Of a stretch of DNA of 64,000 bases, positions 34,598 through 45,497 are shown piece after piece. The notes under the pieces are model-generated. The model had not been told where the DNA came from. It saw only the letters and a program-made list of their open reading frames with translations, and searched no databases. Each line of letters starts with the position of its first letter. Position 1 is the first letter of the stretch. The DNA is taken from NCBI GenBank assembly GCA_028280265.1, contig JANQMD010000055.1:3626-67625 (forward strand). The letters are read 5' to 3'. The position numbers were made by a program, and so were the translations under genes. Source of the stretch: Flavobacteriaceae bacterium. Lineage in GTDB: Bacteria; Bacteroidota; Bacteroidia; Flavobacteriales; Flavobacteriaceae.

Positions 34598-36232
34598 TTA
34601 CTCTTTATCTAAATCGGGTAATAAAAATTCATCTAAAACACTGGGCTTAGCCATCATCTTTTCAATTTCATCTGACTTTCTAGGTGCTTCTGCAGATAGA
34701 TTCACTGGGCCTTTTTCAGTAATTAAAATATCATCTTCTATGCGAATCGCGATTCCCCACCATTTCTTATCACAAGGGCTTCCTTCTGGAATATAAATCC
34801 CTGGTTCAACCGTAATCACGGAATTGGCTTTTAATGCTCCGTATGTACCTGGATCATGAACATCTAATCCAAGGTAATGAGAAACTCCATGAGGTAAATA
34901 ATTATGTTTTTCATCCACCGATTTAATAATTCCTAATGCAAATAATCCTTTGTTAATTTCTACTTTAGAAGCTGCATTTGGTGCATTAAATTTTGCTCCA
35001 ACGATACTGGCCTTAATTCCAGCTTCTTGCGCTTTGTATACAACATCATAAACTGCTTTCTGTTCTGGTGTAAATTTCCCACTAGCTGGAATAGTTCTCG
35101 TCACATCTGCTGTATACCCTCGATATTCCGCACCTAAATCCATTAATACTAAATCATGCCCTACTTCAGTTTTGTTGTTTTCAATATAATGTAAAATACA
35201 GCCATTATTTCCAGCTCCCACAATGGATGGATACCCCTCATATTCAGCACCATACTTTTTGTACACAAATTCATGAATTCCTTGTACCTCTGTCTCTGAC
35301 ATGTGAGGCTTCATAGCTTTCATCACCTCAATTTGCCCAACAGCTGAGATTCGAATTGCCTTGGTTAACAATTTCAACTCCTCTTTTGTTTTTATTTCCC
35401 TCATTGCGCCTATTTGTGATGGGAAAAACTCAATATCTACATTGGTTTTTGGCTGCATCGCCAATGCAATTTTTTGCTGCATATCTTTCGCAAGCTTTTC
35501 ATCAGCTGCATTGATATAACCTTGAATAATTTTATCCTTCTTTAATTCTTCGTACTGATCTTGATATTGTTTAATGATTCCAACTACATTGGCTCTACTC
35601 TCAATCGGAGTTTCCTTAATCTGTCTATAGAAATATTTTTTTACATTCGACAGGTAACTTTCTGGGTTGTATCCAGATTTTTTCTTGAAAGAAACTACCA
35701 AATCAAAAATATCTGCACTTCCTCCAGAGTTTCTATAATCATCTTTGAATTTGCCATCGATAAATACTTTATCAAACTTTTTGAAATCTATTTTGGATTT
35801 AATGAATTCGATTCCATTTTCAGCTATAGTAAAACCTAATTTTGTCTCAGCTCCCTCTTTCCCTAGCCTTCTTCCATTCCACATTTCGGCTCTAGGATTT
35901 CTCTCTTGCACATATAAAATTTCATTGTAGCTGTTTCCGTTTTCATTTTTTTGGTCTTCTGCAAACAAAACCAAAACAGCATTGGGCTCCCTGTAACCTG
36001 TTAGATAATAGAAATTAGGATCTTGATGGTAAACATAATCTACATCATTTGCTCTATTTCTAACTGGATTCGCAAACACAACTGCTACTGAATTCTTAGG
36101 CATTTTAGAACGAAGCAAATCTCTTCTTTGCTTGTGAAAATCTTTAGAAAGATAGTCTTTTGGGGTTCCCTCCTGCGAACTTAAGCTAGCAGTAAAAAAG
36201 AGAAGACATAAAAATGAAAAGAAGTTTTTCAT
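34598..36232 (-). CDS. exported Xaa-Pro aminopeptidase (M24B family)
   Basis: Signal peptide ...TASLSS|QE. AMP_N region DPNFYYLTGYREPNAVLVL. M24 metal-ligand region LMDLGAEYRGYTADVTRT, HGVSHYLGLDVHD, VITVEPGIY and IRIEDDILIT. Confidence 0.88.
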   Translation of the reverse strand: MKNFFSFLCLLFFTASLSSQEGTPKDYLSKDFHKQRRDLLRSKMPKNSVAVVFANPVRNRANDVDYVYHQDPNFYYLTGYREPNAVLVLFAEDQKNENGNSYNEILYVQERNPRAEMWNGRRLGKEGAETKLGFTIAENGIEFIKSKIDFKKFDKVFIDGKFKDDYRNSGGSADIFDLVVSFKKKSGYNPESYLSNVKKYFYRQIKETPIESRANVVGIIKQYQDQYEELKKDKIIQGYINAADEKLAKDMQQKIALAMQPKTNVDIEFFPSQIGAMREIKTKEELKLLTKAIRISAVGQIEVMKAMKPHMSETEVQGIHEFVYKKYGAEYEGYPSIVGAGNNGCILHYIENNKTEVGHDLVLMDLGAEYRGYTADVTRTIPASGKFTPEQKAVYDVVYKAQEAGIKASIVGAKFNAPNAASKVEINKGLFALGIIKSVDEKHNYLPHGVSHYLGLDVHDPGTYGALKANSVITVEPGIYIPEGSPCDKKWWGIAIRIEDDILITEKGPVNLSAEAPRKSDEIEKMMAKPSVLDEFLLPDLDKE

Positions 36233-36340
36233 GGGTATATTTTAAGTAGAATTCAAATCTACTGTTTATTCTCTCTTTGCTAAAAAAAATTAACACAATT
36301 TTTGCTTTCGAAAACGATATCGTATTCTAGAGATTTTCAA

Positions 36341-36348
36341 TACATTTG
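36341..36348 (+). promoter_or_regulatory. candidate -7 promoter box TACATTTG upstream of gcvT
   Basis: Exact match to TAnnTTTG, 27 nt before the gcvT ATG. No clear -33 element. Confidence 0.4.
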
Positions 36349-36374
36349 CGTACTGAAAAACAAATCAAAATCAG

Positions 36375-37460
36375 ATGAAAAATACAGCTTTAACTCATGT
36401 TCATGAGGCTTTGGGAGCAAAAATGGTTCCTTTTGCAGGCTACAACATGCCTGTTCAATATGAAGGAGTAAACGCAGAACATCAAACAATTCGTGAAGGT
36501 GTGGGGGTTTTCGATGTTAGTCACATGGGCGAGTTTTTAGTGGAAGGTGAAAATGCACTCACACTTGTACAAAAAGTGACTTCAAATGACGCTTCAAAAT
36601 TAGCTATTGGAGATGCTCAGTACTCTTGTTTTCCAAATGACAATAATGGAATTGTAGATGATTTGATTTGTTATCGAGTTAAAGAAAACACTTATTTGTT
36701 AGTGGTCAATGCCTCTAACATTGAAAAAGACTGGAATTGGGTAAACAAACATAACGAAGAAATTGGTGCTGAGCTAAAGAATATCTCAGATCAATATTCT
36801 TTATTAGCCATTCAAGGACCTAAAGCGATTGAAGCAATGCAGTCATTGACATCAGTTGATTTGGCTGAAATCCCTTTTTACAAATTCAAAGTAGCAGATT
36901 TTGCAGGTGTTGAGCATGCCATTATATCTGCCACTGGATATACAGGATCGGGAGGTTTCGAAATCTACGTGAAGAATGAAGAGGTAGAAAGTGTTTGGAA
37001 TAAGGTTTTTGAAGCTGGGGCTGATTGGGGTATTAAACCCATCGGTTTAGCAGCCCGTGATACACTACGTCTAGAAATGGGATACTGTTTGTATGGTAAT
37101 GATATTGACGATACAACTTCTCCTATTGAAGCTGGATTGGGGTGGATTACCAAGTTCACAAAAGACTTTATAAATTCCGAAAATTTAAAAGCTCAGAAAG
37201 AAAATGGGATCTCCCGAAGATTGGTCGCTTTTGAAATGACGGAAAGAGGTATTCCCAGACAAGGATATGAAATTGTGGATGGAGAAGGAAATGTTATTGG
37301 CAATGTAACTTCTGGTACTATGAGTCCTTCTTTAGGAAAAGGAATTGGTTTAGGCTATGTTACTAAAGAGAATAGCAAAAGAGACTCTGAAATCTTTATT
37401 CAAATTCGTAAAAAACAAATACCCGCGAAGGTTGTAAAATTACCTTTCTATAAAGGCTAG
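36375..37460 (+). CDS. gcvT: glycine cleavage system aminomethyltransferase
   Basis: Motifs [28 protein letters not shown] and [17 protein letters not shown]. Confidence 0.95.
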   Translation: MKNTALTHVHEALGAKMVPFAGYNMPVQYEGVNAEHQTIREGVGVFDVSHMGEFLVEGENALTLVQKVTSNDASKLAIGDAQYSCFPNDNNGIVDDLICYRVKENTYLLVVNASNIEKDWNWVNKHNEEIGAELKNISDQYSLLAIQGPKAIEAMQSLTSVDLAEIPFYKFKVADFAGVEHAIISATGYTGSGGFEIYVKNEEVESVWNKVFEAGADWGIKPIGLAARDTLRLEMGYCLYGNDIDDTTSPIEAGLGWITKFTKDFINSENLKAQKENGISRRLVAFEMTERGIPRQGYEIVDGEGNVIGNVTSGTMSPSLGKGIGLGYVTKENSKRDSEIFIQIRKKQIPAKVVKLPFYKG

Positions 37461-37481
37461 AAAGAAAATCATAACTCAATA

Positions 37482-37512
37482 AAAAAGCCGCTTTGCAAGA
37501 AAGCGGCTTTTT
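37482..37512. terminator. bidirectional terminator between gcvT and ychF
   Basis: AGCCGCTTT, loop GCAAG, AAAGCGGCT, flanked by A6 and T5 runs. Confidence 0.85.
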
Positions 37513-37533
37513 GTTGAATGTATTTAATATGTA

Positions 37534-38625
37534 CTAGACATTAAATCTAAAATGCATCACATCTCCATCTTGTACAATGTAGTCCTTCCCTTCCACTCTC
37601 ATTTTTCCGGCTTCTTTCACTTTTGATTCAGATCCATAAGATTCATAGTCATTATAACTAATTGTTTCAGCGCGTATGAAACCTTTTTCAAAATCTGTGT
37701 GAATCACACCTGCTGCTTGTGGTGCAGTGGCTCCAACTGGGATCGTCCAAGCTCTTACTTCCTTCACTCCAGCAGTAAAATAGGTTTGTAAATTCAACAA
37801 TTTGTATGCAGAGCGAATTAAGCGAGAAACTCCTGCTTCTTCCAATCCTAAATCATCCAAAAACAATTGGCGCTCTTCATAGTCTTCTAACTCAGCAATA
37901 TCAGCTTCTGTTGCTACTGCTAAAACAATAGTCTCTGCTCCTTCGTCTTTTACAGCTTCTATAACTGCGTCTACATGCGAATTCCCAGAAACTGCAGAAC
38001 TCTCATCGACATTACAAACGTATAGTACTGGCTTAGCTGTAATAAATTGCAATGGTTTTACAAATTCATCTTCTTTTTCTGTGAAGTCTATAGCCCTTAC
38101 TGAAATGCCTCCTAAAAGAGTTTCTTCCACTTTTAAAAGCACTTCTAACTCAGCTTGCGCCTCTTTCTGTCCTGTTTTTGCAGTTCTTTTTACACGCTCT
38201 AAACGCTTTTGAACAGTTTCCAAATCTTTCAATTGCAGCTCAATATCGATGGTCTCTTTATCACGAATAGGGTCTACAGAGCCATCTACATGGACAATGT
38301 TTTCATTTTCAAAACAGCGTAAAACATGCAAGATTGCATCCGTTTCTCGAATGTTTGCTAAGAACTGATTTCCCAAACCTTCTCCTTTACTTGCTCCCTT
38401 GACCAAACCAGCAATGTCTACAATCTCAACAGTAGCAGGCACAACTTTTTCTGGAGCTACTAACTCTTCTAATTTTTCCAATCTAAGATCTGGAACATTT
38501 ACTACTCCTAAGTTTGGTTCGATGGTACAAAATGGAAAATTTGCACTTTGTGCTTTCGCATTCGATAAACAGTTAAACAGTGTTGATTTTCCTACGTTGG
38601 GTAATCCTACAATTCCAGCTTTCAT
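37534..38625 (-). CDS. ychF: redox-regulated ribosome-associated ATPase YchF
   Basis: Motifs [18 protein letters not shown] and [10 protein letters not shown], plus the C-terminal TGS-like [15 protein letters not shown]. Confidence 0.95.
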   Translation of the reverse strand: MKAGIVGLPNVGKSTLFNCLSNAKAQSANFPFCTIEPNLGVVNVPDLRLEKLEELVAPEKVVPATVEIVDIAGLVKGASKGEGLGNQFLANIRETDAILHVLRCFENENIVHVDGSVDPIRDKETIDIELQLKDLETVQKRLERVKRTAKTGQKEAQAELEVLLKVEETLLGGISVRAIDFTEKEDEFVKPLQFITAKPVLYVCNVDESSAVSGNSHVDAVIEAVKDEGAETIVLAVATEADIAELEDYEERQLFLDDLGLEEAGVSRLIRSAYKLLNLQTYFTAGVKEVRAWTIPVGATAPQAAGVIHTDFEKGFIRAETISYNDYESYGSESKVKEAGKMRVEGKDYIVQDGDVMHFRFNV

Positions 38626-38981
38626 CTAAGGTTGTTTTTTTAAGGCCTGCCTGCCGCTAGGCAGGTGCAAATATAATCTTTAAATGCGATTTTGTAAACT
38701 TTGTTAAATATGTATTTACGACTAAGTAGTCCCTCGTATTTATACGGATAACACCTATTCACCAACTTAAACTAACCAACTGATTGTGAGTAATATAATC
38801 TTATAGAAAATATCAATAAATAGAAAAAACACCATCTCTTTCGTTTTCTATTTCTATTAATTAAAATTGTTTTATACTTTAGAAGTAGTAAAAAACAAAC
38901 CAGCATTCGTCTGATTTTTCTCCCTAATTGTCGAAAATGTTCATCCAAAAGCAATATGCGAATCATCTTAAACCAAAAAAC

Positions 38982-41759
38982 ATGAAAAAATTTCTACAAG
39001 CTTTCTTTTATTTATTTTGTGGAATTATCTATTCTCAAATCACTGTAGAAGGAACAATTCTCGATTCAGAAAAAAAACCATTACCTGGAGCTGACATCAT
39101 TGAAAAAGGAACCAATAATGGAACAGTTTCTAAGTTAGACGGAACTTTTACAATTACTGTAAGCTCTAACGAATCCATTTTAGTTGCAAGCTTTATTGGA
39201 TATCAAAGCAAAGAGGTAAAAGTTGGGAGTTCAAAGAATCTAGTTATAGAATTACAAGAATCACTGACCTTAGACGAAGTGGTTTTGGTAGGATCGAGAA
39301 CTCCAGCCAGAAGTAACACCTCTACTCCATTACCCGTAGATGTTTTGTCTTCAAAAGATCTGACTTCAGTTGGTCAGATAAGTTTTGAACAGGCATTACA
39401 ATATCAAGTACCCTCCTTTAATGTTGTGAATGTACCTGTATCTGATGCCTCTTCATTATTAGATCCTTATGAAATAAGGAACTTAGGTCCAAGTAGGACT
39501 TTAATACTAATCAATGGAAAACGAAAAAACCTGAGCGCTCTCGTATACACATACAGCTTAGCAGGAAGGGGAGAAACTGGAGCCGATATTTCAGCGATCC
39601 CTATTGACGCAATTAAAAGAGTGGAAATTTTGAGAGATGGTGCCTCGGCTCACTATGGTTCTGACGCAATTGCTGGAGTTATCAATATTATATTAAAAGA
39701 CAGCCCCAGAAAAGGAAATGCTATTTACCGAGGAGGAGTTACTTCTCAAGGAGATGGAACACAATATAGTTTTGTTGTAAACAATGGAGAAAGTATTGGA
39801 AAGGATAAGGGCTTTTTCAATTATACCATAGACTTATCAAAATCAAATCGCGCCAACAGACCTGGAACTGTAGACGCTTTAGGTGAAGCTACTGACTTTG
39901 GTGCCAACATAGCTGACGTTCAGGAGTTTTTAAGTCGTAGACCCGATGCTGGAAATGTAAACGGAACACCAGATATAACGGCTGCAAAGTTTTTGATCAA
40001 TGCTGGATATAACTTAAACGAAAAAGGAAAGTTGTATATGAATGCTGCTTATGTGTATAAAGAAGCAAACAGTTTTGCCAACTACAGAACTCCTTATTGG
40101 AGAACGCTGGCCCAATATCCTTATCTATCAAGTTTTTTTCCAGCACCTGGAAAGCCAAATAATTATGACGGCTACATTCCAAGTTTTGATGGAGTACTAA
40201 ATGATTATCATGCGACCGTTGGTTTTAAAACAGAAAAAAACGGTTGGACATTGGACACTAGCTTTACCACAGGTGGAAATGCTCAAAATTACACTGTAAG
40301 AAATTCACATAATGGGAACTCGGTATTTTCTGCGTCAACTTGGATTGATACGAATAACAACGGTATTGTAGATGCTGGTGAACTCACTCAAGGAGAACAG
40401 CTCTACCGAGAAAATAGCCCTATCAATTTTGATGTAGGTGGTTTTAAGTTTAACCACAGTGTAGGGAATGTAGATGTTTCTAAGATTATTTCAGACAAAC
40501 TTAGTATCGCTTTTGGTAGTGAGTTTCGCTCTGAAAATTTTGAAATTGTTGCTGGTGAACTTGCCTCATATGATGGAGGTGGTTCTGATTCTTATGCAGG
40601 AAGTAGACCTGAGAATTCAAAAAGATACAACCGTCACAATCTTGGAGGATATCTTGAACTTGATTACGATGTAACCAAAAACTTCTTAATAAGTGCCACA
40701 GCACGCGCAGAAACATATTCTGATTTCGGAAATACTTTTGTTTGGAAACTAAGTTCAAGATATATCATCAATGATAATATTACATTAAGAGGCTCAGCCT
40801 CTACAGGATTCCGAGCTCCAACATTGCACCAAATTTACTCTCAAAAATTACAGTATACATTCGTTCCTGGTCAAGGGATACAAATTGCAGGTCTCATCAA
40901 CAATGTTTCTCCAGATGCTAAAATCTTAGGAATTCCTCAGCTGAAAGCAGAAAAATCTAATAATTTTACTCTTGGCCTTGGCGCTAAGATTAATAAAGAT
41001 TTTCAACTCACTTTAGATTATTACAATATCAAAATAAAAGACCGAGTGATTTTAGGAAGTGATATCTCTGGAACACAAGCTGGCAATACACAACTGGATG
41101 CTTTTTTAAATTCGCGAAGCTTAAGAGGAATTTCTTTTTTTATCAATGGCTTGGATACACAAACATCAGGAGTTGATTTTGTTCTCAATTATAAGAGAAT
41201 TCCTTTTAACGACGGCACACTTTCTTTTAACCTATCTGGAAACTATACTATAGAAAATAAACAAGTTGGAGCTACCAAAAACCCAAATATTATATCTAAC
41301 GCTGGGCAATCAGTGGTGAATAAAGCTATTTCATCCGCCCTATTTACCTCTAGACCAAGAACAAAAATAGTTTTTGGAAGTACATTCAATAAAAGCAAGT
41401 TGAGTACTTCTATAAATAATACATACTTTGGAAAATCAGTTTTTAGTCAACTAGGACTCAACCAAAACTTGCGAACTGAATTTATACCTAAAATCTTAAC
41501 GGATGTTCATGTAAACTACAAATTAACAGATAAAACATCCATTTCTTTAAGTGTAAATAATATATTTAATGTAGTGCCTGAGTGGAATTTTAAGGCAGAA
41601 AACTCAGCGGGGCAAGCAATTTTAAATGATCCAGCGCAAGTAAAAACACAATCTAATTTAATTACTTTCAATCAACGTTATTCTAGAACTACTTATGACG
41701 CTTTCCATTTCAGTCAATTAGGAACTATTCTAAACTTTTCATTGAACTATCAATTGTAA
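38982..41759 (+). CDS. TonB-dependent outer-membrane receptor with N-terminal CarboxypepD_reg domain
   Basis: Signal peptide ...CGIIYS|QI, a CarboxypepD_reg-like ITVEGTILDSEKKPLPGADI...DGTFTITV, a plug domain and a long barrel ending LNYQL. There is no SusD partner downstream. The start is moved to ATG 38982. Confidence 0.85.
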   Translation: MKKFLQAFFYLFCGIIYSQITVEGTILDSEKKPLPGADIIEKGTNNGTVSKLDGTFTITVSSNESILVASFIGYQSKEVKVGSSKNLVIELQESLTLDEVVLVGSRTPARSNTSTPLPVDVLSSKDLTSVGQISFEQALQYQVPSFNVVNVPVSDASSLLDPYEIRNLGPSRTLILINGKRKNLSALVYTYSLAGRGETGADISAIPIDAIKRVEILRDGASAHYGSDAIAGVINIILKDSPRKGNAIYRGGVTSQGDGTQYSFVVNNGESIGKDKGFFNYTIDLSKSNRANRPGTVDALGEATDFGANIADVQEFLSRRPDAGNVNGTPDITAAKFLINAGYNLNEKGKLYMNAAYVYKEANSFANYRTPYWRTLAQYPYLSSFFPAPGKPNNYDGYIPSFDGVLNDYHATVGFKTEKNGWTLDTSFTTGGNAQNYTVRNSHNGNSVFSASTWIDTNNNGIVDAGELTQGEQLYRENSPINFDVGGFKFNHSVGNVDVSKIISDKLSIAFGSEFRSENFEIVAGELASYDGGGSDSYAGSRPENSKRYNRHNLGGYLELDYDVTKNFLISATARAETYSDFGNTFVWKLSSRYIINDNITLRGSASTGFRAPTLHQIYSQKLQYTFVPGQGIQIAGLINNVSPDAKILGIPQLKAEKSNNFTLGLGAKINKDFQLTLDYYNIKIKDRVILGSDISGTQAGNTQLDAFLNSRSLRGISFFINGLDTQTSGVDFVLNYKRIPFNDGTLSFNLSGNYTIENKQVGATKNPNIISNAGQSVVNKAISSALFTSRPRTKIVFGSTFNKSKLSTSINNTYFGKSVFSQLGLNQNLRTEFIPKILTDVHVNYKLTDKTSISLSVNNIFNVVPEWNFKAENSAGQAILNDPAQVKTQSNLITFNQRYSRTTYDAFHFSQLGTILNFSLNYQL

Positions 41760-41783
41760 GAGAGATTCTTACCATTAAATTAA

Positions 41784-41817
41784 AAGAGCCTGCATATTTC
41801 GAAATATGCAGGCTCTT
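41784..41817. terminator. bidirectional terminator (15-bp palindromic stem)
   Basis: AGAGCCTGCATATTT, central CG, AAATATGCAGGCTCT, lying between convergent genes. On the minus strand it is followed by TTTTAATTT. Confidence 0.8.
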
Positions 41818-41842
41818 ATAAAATATACTTTCGACAACCAAT

Positions 41843-42190
41843 TTAATCATGCATAAAGCGTTGTTTCGCTAATAACTCTTCTTCCGTTTCTACATTATCT
41901 TCATCAGGTACGCAACAGTCAACAGGACAAACTGCAGCACACTGAGGCTCTTCATGAAACCCTTTACATTCGGTACATTTATCTACCACAATGTAATAAA
42001 TTTCATCAGAAACAGGCTCCTGCTCTTCATCTGCATTTACCTCATTTCCATTCGGTAGGACTACATTTCCTGATAAATCCGTACCATCAGAATACTTCCA
42101 ATCATCAGCACCTTCATATATAGCAGTATTTGGGCATTCTGGTTCACATGCTCCACAATTTATACACTCATCTGTAATAATTATTGCCAT
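41843..42190 (-). CDS. 2x[4Fe-4S] ferredoxin with internal insertion
   Basis: [12 protein letters not shown] and [22 protein letters not shown]. The start is set at [12 protein letters not shown] (42190). Confidence 0.85.
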   Translation of the reverse strand: MAIIITDECINCGACEPECPNTAIYEGADDWKYSDGTDLSGNVVLPNGNEVNADEEQEPVSDEIYYIVVDKCTECKGFHEEPQCAAVCPVDCCVPDEDNVETEEELLAKQRFMHD

Positions 42191-42261
42191 CTCTGTTCTC
42201 TTTTGTTTTGTGTAACTTTGCAACGCAAAAATACAGCCTAAAAAAGTAGTAACCAAAAGAA

Positions 42262-43323
42262 ATGAGTAGTATTCAAAATAGAATAAAAACTTTTGCAGAA
42301 CTAGGTAAGTTCCTCAGTCAGTTTTCTAGGGAGAAAATTCAGCAAAAAAAGGATGTTCAGTTTAATGATATTTTTTTCGATGGGTTCCAACATCAAATAA
42401 AGATAGCTGAAGAGAGCAACAACTGGTTTACAAGAGATAACATCTTGTTTTCCATAGAGAATTGGGCAGATGCGCTACAATCAAAGCATCTAGAAAAATG
42501 GATTTCTGAAGAAGATTTCAACGATCAAGCGGACAAACTCGTGGCTATTATCATGGCGGGTAATATTCCTCTCGTTGGATTTCATGATTTTTTATCCGTG
42601 CTGGTATCTGGACATTCTGTGTTAGTTAAACAATCTTCTAATGACAATCACTTACTTCCCTTTTTATCGAAATATCTGGAATACATTGATCCATATTTCA
42701 AAGGAAAAATTTCATTTACAGAGGAAAAATTAGAAGGGTTCGATGCTGTTATTGCGACTGGAAGTAACAATACAGCTCGTTATTTTGAATATTATTTTAA
42801 GGATAAACCAAATATCATCCGAAAAAACAGAAACTCCGTTGCTGTTATACAAGGAAATGAATCGGAACAAGATTTTGAATCTTTAGGGGAAGATGTGTTT
42901 CGTTATTTTGGACTAGGATGTAGAAGTGTTTCTAAGTTATTCGTACCAAAAGATTTTAATTTTGATCTTTTTTTTCAAGGTGTGTACAAGCAACAAAATA
43001 TTATAAACAATGCGAAATATGCCAATAACTATGATTATAACAAAGCAGTATATCTGATGAGTGAATTTGATATTCTTGAAAACGGGTTTCTTATGATTAA
43101 AGAAGACGAGAGTTATGCATCTCCTATTGCAACTCTTTTTTACGAATACTATGATAGTCTAGAAAATTTAAAAATTAAACTATATCAAGATGCTGAAAAT
43201 ATTCAGTGTATTGTGGCAAATAATTTCATTGAAAATGAAGTCAAATTTGGGCAAACTCAATTCCCAAGTCTTTGGGATTATGCAGACGGTGTAAATACCT
43301 TGAACTTTTTATCCAAAATTTGA
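42262..43323 (+). CDS. LuxC-like acyl-CoA reductase family protein
   Basis: 353 aa. The pattern [18 protein letters not shown]... and [13 protein letters not shown] fits the LuxC-type family, as far as I recall. Divergent from the ferredoxin. Confidence 0.55.
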   Translation: MSSIQNRIKTFAELGKFLSQFSREKIQQKKDVQFNDIFFDGFQHQIKIAEESNNWFTRDNILFSIENWADALQSKHLEKWISEEDFNDQADKLVAIIMAGNIPLVGFHDFLSVLVSGHSVLVKQSSNDNHLLPFLSKYLEYIDPYFKGKISFTEEKLEGFDAVIATGSNNTARYFEYYFKDKPNIIRKNRNSVAVIQGNESEQDFESLGEDVFRYFGLGCRSVSKLFVPKDFNFDLFFQGVYKQQNIINNAKYANNYDYNKAVYLMSEFDILENGFLMIKEDESYASPIATLFYEYYDSLENLKIKLYQDAENIQCIVANNFIENEVKFGQTQFPSLWDYADGVNTLNFLSKI

Positions 43324-43380
43324 TATAAAATTCACTTTAGGATCATCAAATTTTTAAGAAATTTGTTCCTTATTTAAACA

Positions 43381-44457
43381 ATGCAACAGCAAATGAAAAA
43401 ACATAATTTTAGTGCAGGTCCATGTATCTTACCAGAAGAAGTACTAAACAAAGCTTCCGAAGCCGTAGTAAACTTTAACGATGACGATCTTTCCTTAATC
43501 GAAATTTCACATAGAAGTAAACCTTTTGTGAATGTAATGGAGAATGCAAGAGCATTGGTTTTAGAACTCTTAGACTTAGAAAACAAAGGATATTCTGTGT
43601 TGTTTTTACAAGGTGGCGCGAGTACACAGTTTTTAATGACTGCTTACAATCTTTTGAATAAGAAAGCGGCTTATCTAAATACAGGTACTTGGAGCACGAA
43701 GGCAATAAAAGAAGCGAAGTTATTTGGAGAATTGGTAGAAGTGGCATCTTCAAAAGATCAAAATTTCACTTATATACCTAAGAATTTTGAGATTCCTACT
43801 GATGCAGATTATTTTCACTGTACTAGTAACAATACCATTTTTGGGACTCAAATGAAGGAGTTTCCTAATACGGATGTTCCCATGGTTTGTGATATGAGCT
43901 CAGACATTTTCTCTAGAAAACTAGATTTCTCAAAATTTGATTTGATCTATGCTGGGGCACAAAAGAACATGGGACCAGCTGGTACCACTGTTGTTATTAT
44001 AAAAGAAGATCTTTTGGGAAAAGTAGATCGAGTGATTCCATCCATGCTTGATTATCAAGTTCATCTAGGGAAAGATAGTATGTTTAATACTCCAGCTGTT
44101 TTCCCTGTATATGTATCCATGCTCACTTTGGAATGGCTAAAAAATTTAGGGGGAATTGATTTTATTGAAAAAGTAAATGAGAAAAAATCTGCTTTACTTT
44201 ACAATGAAATTGACAGAAACCCGCTATTTGAAGGTGTCGTAGCTGTTGAAGATAGAAGTCACATGAACGCTACGTTCACACTAAAAAACGATGCATTAAA
44301 AGATACTTTTGATGCTATGTGGAAAGAAGCTAGGATCAACGGTTTAAACGGACACAGAAGTGTTGGAGGTTATAGGGCAAGTATGTACAATGCTCTACCG
44401 CTATATAGTGTCCAAACACTGGTAGATGTGATGCAAGAATTGGAACGAAAAGCATAG
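43381..44457 (+). CDS. serC: 3-phosphoserine aminotransferase
   Basis: Motifs NFSAGPCILPEEVL, ISHRSK and the PLP-Lys motif GAQKNMGPAG. Confidence 0.92.
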   Translation: MQQQMKKHNFSAGPCILPEEVLNKASEAVVNFNDDDLSLIEISHRSKPFVNVMENARALVLELLDLENKGYSVLFLQGGASTQFLMTAYNLLNKKAAYLNTGTWSTKAIKEAKLFGELVEVASSKDQNFTYIPKNFEIPTDADYFHCTSNNTIFGTQMKEFPNTDVPMVCDMSSDIFSRKLDFSKFDLIYAGAQKNMGPAGTTVVIIKEDLLGKVDRVIPSMLDYQVHLGKDSMFNTPAVFPVYVSMLTLEWLKNLGGIDFIEKVNEKKSALLYNEIDRNPLFEGVVAVEDRSHMNATFTLKNDALKDTFDAMWKEARINGLNGHRSVGGYRASMYNALPLYSVQTLVDVMQELERKA

Positions 44458-44460
44458 ACT

Positions 44461-44528
44461 GTCATTCCGAACAAGGTGAAGGAATCTCTTTCATAAGATT
44501 GCTTCGTCACTTTATTCCTCGCAATGAC
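44461..44528. repeat. GC-enriched structured intergenic element with GTCATT/AATGAC termini (REP/MITE-like)
   Basis: The sequence is GTCATTCCGAACAAGGTGAAGGAATC...GATTGCTTCGTCACTTTATTCCTCGCAATGAC. It has terminal inverted hexamers and an internal GGAAT/ATTCC pairing. Only one copy is present in the window. Confidence 0.4.
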
Positions 44529-44543
44529 AAAATTAGATTATAA

Positions 44544-45494
44544 ATGAAAATATTAGCAAACGACGGAATCTCCCAGAGTGGAATAGCCGCACTAGAGAAA
44601 GAAGGTTTTGAAGTAATTACTACCAAAGTAGCGCAAGAACAGCTTGAAAATTACATTAATGAACATCAAATCGATGCCATATTAGTTCGTAGTGCTACTC
44701 AAGTACGGCAAGAATTGATTGATGCTTGTCCAAGTTTAAAATTAGTAGGAAGAGGCGGAGTTGGAATGGATAACATCGATGTTGAATATGCAATTGATCA
44801 AGGGTTGCATGTCATCAATACACCTGCAGCTTCATCTAGTTCAGTTGCTGAATTGGTTTTTGCTCATTTATTTGGAATGGTTCGTTTTTTGCACCAATCC
44901 AATAGAGAAATGCCTTTGGAAGGAGATTCTCGTTTCAAGGAGCTCAAAAAAGCCTATGGAGCTGGTACAGAATTGCGTGGAAAAACCATTGGTATTATAG
45001 GTTTTGGACGTATTGGTCAGGAAGTAGCCAAAATTGCTTTGGGTCTTGGCATGAAGGTAATTGCCAACGATGCTTATAGTGAAGGAGCACCCATCACAAT
45101 TAATTTCTTCAATGGCCAAAGTATTACAATTTCCATCGAAACTTCTGATATGGACACATTACTCAAAGAAAGTGACTTTATCACGTTACACGTTCCTTCT
45201 CAAGAAGAGTACATTATTGGAGAAAAAGAGATTGAAGGGATGAAAGAAGGAGTAGGTATTGTAAATGCTGCTCGTGGTGGAGTTATTGATGAAATTGCTT
45301 TGGTAAATGCCATTAAAAATAAAAAAGTAAAGTTTGCTGGGTTAGATGTATTTGAAAATGAGCCAAAACCAGAAGTTCAATTGTTAATGAATCCTGAACT
45401 ATCTTTAACACCACATATTGGTGCCGCTACGTTGGAAGCACAAGATAGAATTGGTACTGAATTGGCTTCTCAAATTACCAAGTTGCTCAAATAA
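44544..45494 (+). CDS. serA: D-3-phosphoglycerate dehydrogenase (short form without ACT domain) / D-2-hydroxyacid dehydrogenase
   Basis: NAD fold GIIGFGRIGQEVA, catalytic-region NAARGGVIDE and TPHIGAAT. Adjacent to serC. Confidence 0.75.
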   Translation: MKILANDGISQSGIAALEKEGFEVITTKVAQEQLENYINEHQIDAILVRSATQVRQELIDACPSLKLVGRGGVGMDNIDVEYAIDQGLHVINTPAASSSSVAELVFAHLFGMVRFLHQSNREMPLEGDSRFKELKKAYGAGTELRGKTIGIIGFGRIGQEVAKIALGLGMKVIANDAYSEGAPITINFFNGQSITISIETSDMDTLLKESDFITLHVPSQEEYIIGEKEIEGMKEGVGIVNAARGGVIDEIALVNAIKNKKVKFAGLDVFENEPKPEVQLLMNPELSLTPHIGAATLEAQDRIGTELASQITKLLK

Positions 45495-45497
45495 TTT

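Noticed and set aside
36233-36374. Glycine riboswitch upstream of gcvT
   Set aside because: The leader is only ~140 nt including the promoter, and it lacks the conserved GGAGAG...CACCG cores.
38772-38966. 64-aa minus-strand ORF in the TonB-dependent receptor leader
   Set aside because: The translation is Lys/Arg/Leu-rich and low-complexity (RKIRRMLVCFLLLLKYK...). It reads away from any promoter-like context and is probably non-coding.
38982-41759. SusC/SusD polysaccharide utilisation locus
   Set aside because: The receptor has a CarboxypepD_reg domain, but no SusD-like lipoprotein gene follows. The next gene is a convergent ferredoxin.
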